Made by a program: the position numbers and the translations under genes | From: Bdellovibrionales bacterium | Lineage (GTDB): Bacteria > Bdellovibrionota > Bdellovibrionia > Bdellovibrionales > JAMPXM01 | DNA: 64,000 nt | Direction: 5' to 3' | Assembly: GCA_016713885.1 (NCBI GenBank) | Contig: JADJOF010000007.1 | Span: 175,206 to 239,205, forward strand | Shown: one piece after another, positions 17,874 to 25,376 of the stretch | Layout of the letters: the number at the start of each line of letters is the position of its first letter | Numbering within the stretch: the stretch's first letter is position 1 | Notes under the pieces: generated by a model | The model's database searches: none | The model's input: only the letters and a program-made list of their open reading frames with translations | What the model was told of the DNA's origin: nothing

Positions 17874-20800
17874 TCAGCGGCTCCCCTGCTCCACTCTTAG
17901 AACAGCCTTGTCATCAGGCTTTACCCCGCGAATCACACGATTAAAGACATCGCGAAACCACTCTTCAAAGCGATCAATATAGAAGTACGCCGCCGGAATC
18001 ACCACCAAGGTCAAAAGCGTTGAACTGATCGTTCCGCCGATCACCGCAATCCCCAGACTCGTTCTTTGTTTCGACGCCTCATTAAGACCAATCGCAACAG
18101 GAACCATGCCCGCAATCATCGCAAAGCTCGTCATCAAAATCGGCCGCAGGCGCGAACGACCACCGGCAATCAGCGCCTCAACACGCTCCATGCCTTCGTG
18201 CTGACGTTCTTTGACAAAGTCGACAATCAAAATCGAGTTCTTGGTCGCAAGTCCCATCAGCGTCACACAGCCAATCATCGAGAACAGGTCAAGAGAGCTC
18301 CTCGTCACAAACAACGCAACAAATGCCCCACAGGCGGCAAGCGGAATCACCAGCATAATCGTAATGGGCGCAATGAAGGATTCATACAAACTCGCCAAAA
18401 CAAGATAGATAAAGAAAATCCCAAGACCCAGAGAAACCAGGATATTCGTCACAAGCTCTTTGAAGCGTTCGGCTTGACCGACGAACGCAAACTCGACTCC
18501 AACCGGCGGCTTGAGTTCAGAGTTCATGAGCTTCGTGATGTCCGACATTGCACCACCAAGACCTGGACCGCCAGGAGCGATGTCTGCCGAGAGCTGTACA
18601 TACTTGGCGCGGTTCTCGCGCAAAATCTCGGATGGCCCCTGTGCCTCAACCGGAGTCGCTAAAAGCGAAAGCGGTATGAGCTGATTGTTGATATTCGGGA
18701 TTCCAATCTTATTGAAATTCGACGCCAGCTCCCGCTGCTCAGGCCTCAAGCGGACGCGCACGTCGTAGTCGCGACCACTGACCTGCATTGTCGCCGGAAT
18801 CGAACCCTCTATATAGTTTCGAAGCTCTGAACCCAGGGTCTGAAGCGAGACCCCCGTCTCAAGCGCTCGCTCCGTATTCACCTTCACTTGAATCTCGGGT
18901 TTACCCACACGGTAAGAGGTATCGACCTCTTTTAAAGCCGGATGCGATTTGATTCGGTCAAACACCTTTGCTGCATACTCTTGAACCGCAACCAAATCAT
19001 TGCCTACGATATTCATGTTGAACTGTCGCTGACTCTGTCCGCTCGCATCAGGATCCGCAACTTTCAGATTGTACTTCTGAAACTCAGTTAGCCTCTCGCG
19101 CACGATGTCTTTCACTTGTGTCGTGCTCAAGCGTCGTCCCTCTTTTCGCGACTTTAGCCGCACGTAGAACGATCCCTTATGCGCCTGCGCCATGCGGTTA
19201 CCGACCCGCATGAGAGTAAACTCAACTGTATCAAGGTCGTTCAGAACTTTATTGATCTTGTCTCCGACCTCTTGTGTGGCATTTAAGCTCGCACCTTGAG
19301 GCAAATCAAAATCGACTCCGAATTCTCCGTTATCTTGAGGCGGCAAAAACGTAACCGGAACACCTTTTAACAGAAGCACGCTCAAAACAAAGGCCGCGAA
19401 TCCGGCACCAATGGTCATCTTAGGGAACTGGAGGCAGAGCTTCAGAAGTCGCTCGTATTCGTTTTCAAGTCGGGTCTGAAAGCGATCAAATGATTTTAGC
19501 AAACGCTCATTGTGGCGACCGATCACTGTCGTGGGCTTAAGCTTCTCGGCCGATCCGGCAAAGTAAGCCGAGAGCATCGGTGCGATCGTCAGAGCATCAA
19601 AAAGACTAATCGCCATCGCGAAACAAATTGTCAGTCCAAACTGCTTAAAGAACTGACCAATGATCCCCTGCAGGTTTCCGATTGGACCAAATACAGCAAG
19701 CACCGTGAGCGTGGTTGCGATCACCGCAAGCGTCACTTCATTCGTGCCCTTGAGTGCGGCCTCCATCGGCCCCATGCCCTGCTCGATCTTTCGATAGATA
19801 TTCTCACGCACGACAATCGCATCATCGACCAAAAGGCCAACCACAAGCGAGAGCGCAAGTAACGACATGATATTGATGGAAAACCCCATCCACGACATCA
19901 AGATGAACGCACCTAAAAGGGAGTTTGGAAGCGCAAGCCCCGTGATCACCGTCGAGCGAAAACTGCCGAGAAAAAAGTAAACAACAAGAACCGTGAGCAC
20001 AATACCGATCAGAATCGATTCCAACACGTCATCGACATTGGCCTCAATGATCCGTGACCGGTCATTCACAACCGTCACCTTGGGCGAGCCCTTTAGCGCA
20101 CCAAAACGCTCGTTGAGCTTCGCAACGGCCTTATGAACGTCCTTTGCCACTTGAACAGTGTTCGCTCCCGCCTGCCGATAGATCTGAAAAATAATGGCGC
20201 GCTTGCCTTGAAACCAACTGCGAGAGCTTTCATCCTCAAGTGAATCATTGATGTCCGCAACGTCGCCGACGGTAATCGGCCGTTCGCTACCCGTCATGCG
20301 AACGATATAGTAACGAATGGCATCGATTGAATCGAATTGTGCAAGGGTCCGATAGGTCTTTTCAATAAGGCCGTTTTCGACATCTCCCGCGGGAATATTC
20401 TTCCCCGCTCCTTGGAGCGCGCGGGTCACAGCTGACGCTGGAAGCTGAAAGTACTTGGCCTTATCGATATCGATTGTGACGTGCACTTCGCGCTTGCGGC
20501 CACCGATAATATCCACTCGGCCAACCTGATTGACCTGCTCAAAAAGCGGTCGCATTTTCTCGTCGGCCAAATCGAAGAGATCACCATCCGGAAGTTCGGC
20601 ATTGACCGCAATTTCCATAATCGGCGCGTCCGAGGGGCTGATCGAACGAATAACCGGTTGATCAATATCATCTGGAAGTTTTCGACGAACGTTATCGACC
20701 TTCGCTCGCACCTGCTGTTCGGCGTAGCGAATATCCATCTTCAAATCAAACTCCGCCGATACGGTGCTAAACCCCTCCCGACTGATCGAGGCCACTTTCT

Positions 20801-21032
20801 TTACACCAGAAATCGATGTGAGCTCATCTTCAATAACTTTTGAAACTTCTGTTTCAACTTCAGCCGGTCCTGCGCCAGGATAAACAGTTTCGATCATCAC
20901 TGTCGGAAACGACACATCGGGAAAAAGATCGACGGGCAGCCGACTCATGCTGATCAAGCCGAGCACAATCATCAAAATCACAAGGCACGAAATAAAGAAC
21001 GGACGTTTAATCGAAAGCAGAGCTGGTGACAT
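17874..21032 (-). CDS. RND-superfamily efflux transporter (AcrB/HAE-like inner-membrane subunit)
   Basis: About 1050 aa from MSPALLSIKRPFFISCLVILM. Twelve-TM, two-large-loop architecture. No adjacent MFP or OMF gene. Confidence 0.9.
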   Translation of the reverse strand: MSPALLSIKRPFFISCLVILMIVLGLISMSRLPVDLFPDVSFPTVMIETVYPGAGPAEVETEVSKVIEDELTSISGVKKVASISREGFSTVSAEFDLKMDIRYAEQQVRAKVDNVRRKLPDDIDQPVIRSISPSDAPIMEIAVNAELPDGDLFDLADEKMRPLFEQVNQVGRVDIIGGRKREVHVTIDIDKAKYFQLPASAVTRALQGAGKNIPAGDVENGLIEKTYRTLAQFDSIDAIRYYIVRMTGSERPITVGDVADINDSLEDESSRSWFQGKRAIIFQIYRQAGANTVQVAKDVHKAVAKLNERFGALKGSPKVTVVNDRSRIIEANVDDVLESILIGIVLTVLVVYFFLGSFRSTVITGLALPNSLLGAFILMSWMGFSINIMSLLALSLVVGLLVDDAIVVRENIYRKIEQGMGPMEAALKGTNEVTLAVIATTLTVLAVFGPIGNLQGIIGQFFKQFGLTICFAMAISLFDALTIAPMLSAYFAGSAEKLKPTTVIGRHNERLLKSFDRFQTRLENEYERLLKLCLQFPKMTIGAGFAAFVLSVLLLKGVPVTFLPPQDNGEFGVDFDLPQGASLNATQEVGDKINKVLNDLDTVEFTLMRVGNRMAQAHKGSFYVRLKSRKEGRRLSTTQVKDIVRERLTEFQKYNLKVADPDASGQSQRQFNMNIVGNDLVAVQEYAAKVFDRIKSHPALKEVDTSYRVGKPEIQVKVNTERALETGVSLQTLGSELRNYIEGSIPATMQVSGRDYDVRVRLRPEQRELASNFNKIGIPNINNQLIPLSLLATPVEAQGPSEILRENRAKYVQLSADIAPGGPGLGGAMSDITKLMNSELKPPVGVEFAFVGQAERFKELVTNILVSLGLGIFFIYLVLASLYESFIAPITIMLVIPLAACGAFVALFVTRSSLDLFSMIGCVTLMGLATKNSILIVDFVKERQHEGMERVEALIAGGRSRLRPILMTSFAMIAGMVPVAIGLNEASKQRTSLGIAVIGGTISSTLLTLVVIPAAYFYIDRFEEWFRDVFNRVIRGVKPDDKAVLRVEQGSR

Positions 21033-21209
21033 GCGCCCGAACCTCCTCCTCAGGCGTTCTGGAGTCAACTTCCGTGGGCACTTGGCCCACAATTTCGTCC
21101 ATAGTTTCGCGCAATAGTTCACACTCGGTCTTGACGCACACACGGATCAGAGCGAAAGGTGAACCCCTTTCGCTTTGTTTTTTCAATGTCGTCAACGAAG
21201 GAGCTCGTC

Positions 21210-21776
21210 ATGAAAGTCCTCGTTTTTGCCGCCTCGCTTAGAAAAGCATCGCTCAATCGCAAGCTCGCAGCACTGACCGCAAGCCTTCTCGAGCGCGACC
21301 CATCCCTTCAGATCGACCATGCCGACTACCGAGATTTTGAGATGCCTCTCTACGATGGCGATCTTGAGGAATCGTCAGGCCTCCCTTCCGGAAGTCGAGA
21401 GTTTATCAGTCGCATCCAGCAGGCTGGCGCCATCGTGATCTCAACTCCCGAGTACAACGGCAGTATTCCCGGCACTTTGAAAAACGCACTCGACTGGGCC
21501 TCACGCGCAAAGCCCAATCCACTCGATAAGAAACCCGTTCTACTCCTCGGAGCCTCGCCTGGCGCACTCGGCGCCATACGCGGCCTATGGCACACTCGCG
21601 TGCCACTTGAAGCTCTTGGCGCCTTTGTTTATCCGCAAATGCATGGACTCTCGAAAGCTCACGAGGCCTTTGACGACGCTGGCCAACTTCGCGATTCCAA
21701 GGATGCTGAACAGCTCATGAAGCTACTGCAAACCTTCGTTCAGTTTGCAAACGCGACGAACTCCACGGGGAAGTAG
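21210..21776 (+). CDS. NADPH-dependent FMN reductase family protein
   Basis: MKVLVFAASLRKASLNRKLA.. and ISTPEYNGSIPGTLKNALDW. AAGGAG RBS before the ATG at 21210. Confidence 0.75.
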   Translation: MKVLVFAASLRKASLNRKLAALTASLLERDPSLQIDHADYRDFEMPLYDGDLEESSGLPSGSREFISRIQQAGAIVISTPEYNGSIPGTLKNALDWASRAKPNPLDKKPVLLLGASPGALGAIRGLWHTRVPLEALGAFVYPQMHGLSKAHEAFDDAGQLRDSKDAEQLMKLLQTFVQFANATNSTGK

Positions 21777-21812
21777 CGCCCGCTCGTATTCTGGCGGCTG
21801 ATTGATTGAGCG

Positions 21813-22430
21813 CTAGGGCCTGGCGCACTGACCATGAAACTGACAGCGCACCATCTCATTGCGAAAACGGTGCAGCTCAAGCAACTCGTACTGAAGCTCG
21901 CGATCGTAGCCGTTCGCACCAGCACCTTTTTGACCGATCGTGATAAATTGAACGCTTGCACTAAATGCCGTTCGCTCAAAATGCATCGCGCTTGATGTCG
22001 AATAGAACTTCAATTCCTTGCTCGAACGAAGCGCCTTAACGAACCGGGCCCGCTGCTCTCGCGCTTTTTCAAGACCACCGTTGATGTCTTTCCAACATTT
22101 AACTTCGGCAATCTGAACGACGTTCTTCTGGTTCGTCTCGACGTCCGTCTTAAACACCACAACATCGAGCTCGCCAAGCGTCCCATTCTCATCGGCATAG
22201 CCAATGCCATTCAGCACTTCAATTTGAGCGTCCGGAAAATGCATTTCATATTCACGCTCGAGATCAAGACGCGCGATCTCTTCGCAAATGGCGCCAGAAT
22301 CCTCATACGAACGCGGATGATTCTTTAGCTGCTCAAAATCAGACGCCCAATCCGCACTCGCCGGAAGCGAAACCATCAGTGCCATCACAAAAAAGAACAC
22401 CTGCCGCATCGACCTTCTCCTCGACGTCAT
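21813..22430 (-). CDS. Secreted protein with a PD-(D/E)xK-like motif (possible nuclease fold)
   Basis: Signal peptide MRQVFFFVMALMVSLPASA. GELDVVVFK..(20 aa)..IAEVKCW fits D-x(n)-E-x-K. The start is uncertain (22430 or 22409). Confidence 0.35.
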   Translation of the reverse strand: MTSRRRSMRQVFFFVMALMVSLPASADWASDFEQLKNHPRSYEDSGAICEEIARLDLEREYEMHFPDAQIEVLNGIGYADENGTLGELDVVVFKTDVETNQKNVVQIAEVKCWKDINGGLEKAREQRARFVKALRSSKELKFYSTSSAMHFERTAFSASVQFITIGQKGAGANGYDRELQYELLELHRFRNEMVRCQFHGQCARP

Positions 22431-22586
22431 TGATGGCCGATGGCTACCTGGAATGTTCGAAAATTGCAATGCAATCTGCAAATCGCGAATCGGACTCGGC
22501 CCAAGCCAGCCGATTAACGCGACCATTCCCTCGTTGACACGATCAAGAGCCGTTCTATCCTCAAAGCGTCATGGGAGGACATCGTC

Positions 22587-22958
22587 ATGCTCAATAAGCT
22601 TTTCGTTTTCGGACTCGTTTCTCTCTCGCTTTCAACTGAAGCAAGCCCAGTCCATTTTGATTGCGAAAACCCCAGCGGCGACTCGCTCCAGATGAGCCTC
22701 GATGATTCATACTTTTCAACGTCAACACCGGCACCGGAAGCCGCCGACGTGGCCTTTCAATTGAACGGCTCAAGCTATCAGTGGCGCAAAACTCAGTACC
22801 TCTCGTTCCCGATGACCACCGGCGAAACCGCCACGCTGTTTCGTTACGATGCCGTGAACGAGGTCTATGTCCAGATGACTCGCGTATCCGAAGAGGCCTC
22901 GGTGAACCTGACTCATGAACGAGTGGACTACGAATTCACATGCAAGACGTCCTATTGA
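22587..22958 (+). CDS. Small secreted protein, unknown function
   Basis: 123 aa. Signal peptide MLNKLFVFGLVSLSLSTEA. Confidence 0.5.
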   Translation: MLNKLFVFGLVSLSLSTEASPVHFDCENPSGDSLQMSLDDSYFSTSTPAPEAADVAFQLNGSSYQWRKTQYLSFPMTTGETATLFRYDAVNEVYVQMTRVSEEASVNLTHERVDYEFTCKTSY

Positions 22959-23253
22959 GATCGCTCGCATCACAACACTGGTTTTGAATGGATAAAGACC
23001 TTCAATTCCTTTAGAAGACGCACCAACTCGAAGCCGATGGAGTCGCCTAAGGCTTGCTTGACACTGTTGCGCAGACGTTCTCACCTCACTTACGATTTGT
23101 TCCAAATGAAGCTGTGATGACGATGGAAGCGATGGCAGCTTGCAATGCGGTCTTTGCAAGATTTGGTTTTGGTCAGAAAATTTCCTAAGCAATTAGATTG
23201 AAGTTGTTCCGTAGGTCGAATATTTCAAGGCCTATCACGCAGGGAGGGTATCC

Positions 23254-23592
23254 ATGAAATTTCTAAGTGCATTATTATTAGTACTCGCGGCAAGCCAATC
23301 ATTCGCCAATGAATGTTTTGATTTATCGGCTGACGGAAAGACTTGGGATGCAAAGCCATTTACATTGTGTGTTGAGCAAAATACGGGCGGGACGTCCGAG
23401 TACAAACTAACTCTGTCCAGAGATAAGCGAAGCGTCGCTGTTTACTTTCTAAACTCTGTACCGGCGGGAGCAGATTCGCAGGTCTTTGGCGTCAACGCGA
23501 TGACCGGTTCGATCTTAGATGACAGCCTAACGATTTCTATCGGTTACGGTGAGATCAGTATTGGTGGCGGAAAGTACTTCTACAAAGAGTAG
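23254..23592 (+). CDS. Small secreted protein, unknown function
   Basis: 112 aa. Signal peptide MKFLSALLLVLAASQSFA. GGAGGG RBS. Followed by a hairpin terminator. Confidence 0.55.
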   Translation: MKFLSALLLVLAASQSFANECFDLSADGKTWDAKPFTLCVEQNTGGTSEYKLTLSRDKRSVAVYFLNSVPAGADSQVFGVNAMTGSILDDSLTISIGYGEISIGGGKYFYKE

Positions 23593-23630
23593 TCGAGGTT
23601 CCGTACCTATCGAATCACAGCTCGAATCAA

Positions 23631-23664
23631 AAGGCTCGTTGCCTGAAACCGACGAGCCTTTTGC
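23631..23664 (+). terminator. Rho-independent terminator-like hairpin
   Basis: Perfect 10-bp stem AAAGGCTCGT / ACGAGCCTTT with a 12-nt loop, running into a T tract, 40 nt after the stop of 23254-23592. Confidence 0.6.
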
Positions 23665-23846
23665 ATTCGTGACCGGTAAACACTAAATCGAGTCATTCCT
23701 GCCAGAGCGCCCAAGGGGCCCGCGACAGACTATGGGCGTTCAGACGATCGCCCACCACGAACTGAGAAGAACCCGAAGAACCTGAATGGAGCGACGTCAG
23801 AGCGACATTCTCCTAGGTAAACTTGTGTGATTCTAGTGGTTTGAAG

Positions 23847-23894
23847 TGGTCGGGGTGACAGGATTCGAACCTGCGACCTCTTGCTCCCGAAGCA
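23847..23894 (-). other. Orphan 3' half of tRNA-Pro(CGG): prophage attachment-site core
   Basis: The minus strand reads TGC-TTCGGGA-GCAAG-AGGTC-GCAGG-TTCGAAT-CCTGT-CACCCCG-A-CCA. The sequence 5' of it (ATCTATTTGATACTGCTGTCGATACC) cannot supply the CGGGGTG acceptor strand or a D arm. Confidence 0.75.
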
Positions 23895-23931
23895 TGAGGT
23901 ATCGACAGCAGTATCAAATAGATACGACCTA

Positions 23932-23951
23932 TGTCCCGCATTTGTCCCGCA
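23932..23951. promoter_or_regulatory. Tandem TGTCCCGCA x2 (11-bp phase) between att core and int: candidate integrase/RDF binding sites
   Basis: TGTCCCGCA at 23932-23940 and at 23943-23951. Confidence 0.35.
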
Positions 23952-23962
23952 ATGCTTTTTCA

Positions 23963-25009
23963 TCACACAGCACCGCCTATCTGAACGATGTCGGCAACGC
24001 CGCGAGTGTCTTCCTCGGTGAAATGAAGATATGTTTTCTGTGCCTCATCGAGAGAAAGTCCGGCGTAGTGACAGATCAGTGCCGGGTTCGCCGACGTTTT
24101 GAACGCACGCGTCAAGAACGAGTGACGCAAATCATGGAACCGGCCCGACACGAATGCCTTGTTCCGACACGTCTCCCACGCGCTCTTGTTGCCGTCCGAT
24201 CGCTGCCGCTGAGTCGGATCCACCGGTGACGGGAAAAGCCAAACTTGACCATTTCCGGCGCGCTCCTTGAGCCGCTCATAAACGACCGCCGAGATGCCAA
24301 ACTTGCGGGCCTTTCTGATCTTCGTGTCTTCTGCGCGAAGCGTTATCGTCCGCTTTCGCATGTCGATCCGATCCCAACCGAGCCCCATGATCTCGCCCTT
24401 TCGCATGCCCATCGTGACAGCCATGAGGATTTGAAGACTGAGGTCAGCGTCCGCGTTCGCCAAAAGAGCTGCGATCTCTTCGTCGGTGAATACCTTCCCG
24501 GCCGCTCGCTCCGGATCCGGATTGATCAGCTCCGGAGTTTTCTTGATAACGCCGAGTCGTTTGAGCGACAGCAAGAACATGGCAAGCCACTTCCGATCGT
24601 TGAAAAACTTCCGATCCTGCGTGGTCTCGTGCCTTTTCTGTGGAATATAAACGGCCTCCCACCACTTCTCGTCGATCTCTTCAGGCAACATCCGACCAAT
24701 GTACGGCTCAAGATGCTTCCATGAGTTCTCGATGCTGTAGACCGTGGCTGGCGACTTGATGCGCTTTTGATCGATCCATTCAGGAAAGAGCTCAGCGCAA
24801 AGCTTCCGACCGCGCCGAATAGTACCCTCGCCCAGAAACTCAAGACGATATCGGTCGGCAATGATCTTTGCCTGACCAAGTACCGTGGTCTTGGTTGACC
24901 ACTCAATGCGTCCTTTCCCTTTACGAGAAATGCGCAAGTAAATGATTTGAGACTCAGGGTGCCGAAATAGATTCTCGCACCCCTTGCCTTTAATCGGATC
25001 AAGTTTCAT
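23963..25009 (-). CDS. int: Tyrosine site-specific integrase (unit 1)
   Basis: 348 aa. GMRKGEIMGLGWDRI (Arg), HDLRHSFLTRA (HxxR) and QKTYLHF (Tyr). Confidence 0.9.
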   Translation of the reverse strand: MKLDPIKGKGCENLFRHPESQIIYLRISRKGKGRIEWSTKTTVLGQAKIIADRYRLEFLGEGTIRRGRKLCAELFPEWIDQKRIKSPATVYSIENSWKHLEPYIGRMLPEEIDEKWWEAVYIPQKRHETTQDRKFFNDRKWLAMFLLSLKRLGVIKKTPELINPDPERAAGKVFTDEEIAALLANADADLSLQILMAVTMGMRKGEIMGLGWDRIDMRKRTITLRAEDTKIRKARKFGISAVVYERLKERAGNGQVWLFPSPVDPTQRQRSDGNKSAWETCRNKAFVSGRFHDLRHSFLTRAFKTSANPALICHYAGLSLDEAQKTYLHFTEEDTRGVADIVQIGGAV

Positions 25010-25194
25010 TTGTTCGGAAACTTCTTAACAAAAGCCCGGACATCCTCAGGGTCAAAGAGGATCTTCTTTCCAGGCTTGTATGTTTTGATCTGCCCTTCGG
25101 CGACCTTCTGGTAGACCGTCGACTTTGGCATCTGCAAAAGCGCAGAGACCTCTTCGATTGAGAGATACCGCTCAAGCTGCTTCTCACCCATCAC
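25006..25194 (-). CDS. xis: Excisionase / AlpA-type HTH DNA-binding protein
   Basis: 62 aa. YLSIEEVSALLQMPKSTVYQKVAEGQI..YKPGKKILF. Overlaps the int start by 4 nt. Confidence 0.75.
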   Translation of the reverse strand: MMGEKQLERYLSIEEVSALLQMPKSTVYQKVAEGQIKTYKPGKKILFDPEDVRAFVKKFPNK

Positions 25195-25376
25195 TTAACC
25201 TCGATGCAAACTGTTCGAATCTCTTTGACGGTTCCATCCATCAGCTTTTTCAATTCACGCGCTGATGACTCACACGATTCTTTCGATTTGAATCCACTGA
25301 CATTCGTCAAAGCGTTGCTGTTCCCGCTGCCCATCAATCCAACGTGCATCGCTATCACTAAAACAAAACCCATCAC
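25191..25376 (-). CDS. Small exported or membrane protein, unknown function (absent from unit 2)
   Basis: 61 aa. Hydrophobic N-terminus MMGFVLVIAMHVGLMG. Confidence 0.4.
   Translation of the reverse strand: MMGFVLVIAMHVGLMGSGNSNALTNVSGFKSKESCESSARELKKLMDGTVKEIRTVCIEVK

Noticed and set aside
17874-21143. N-terminal 37-aa extension of the RND transporter, and similar long 5' extensions at 21159, 25373-27832, 9066-9521 and 47381-48649
   Set aside because: Internal ATG or GTG codons with good Shine-Dalgarno sequences match the expected protein N-termini. The extensions are Cys/Arg-rich junk or overlap upstream genes.
22770-23192. 140-aa minus-strand ORF between two secreted-protein genes
   Set aside because: It overlaps the 3' end of 22587-22958 on the opposite strand and has neither an RBS nor any recognisable motif. 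The region 22959-23253 is treated as non-coding.
23847-23923. A possible complete tRNA-Pro gene
   Set aside because: Only the 3' 48 nt are tRNA-like. The would-be 5' half has no CGGGGTG acceptor strand and no D arm with GG, so it is treated as an att-site half and not as a tRNA gene.
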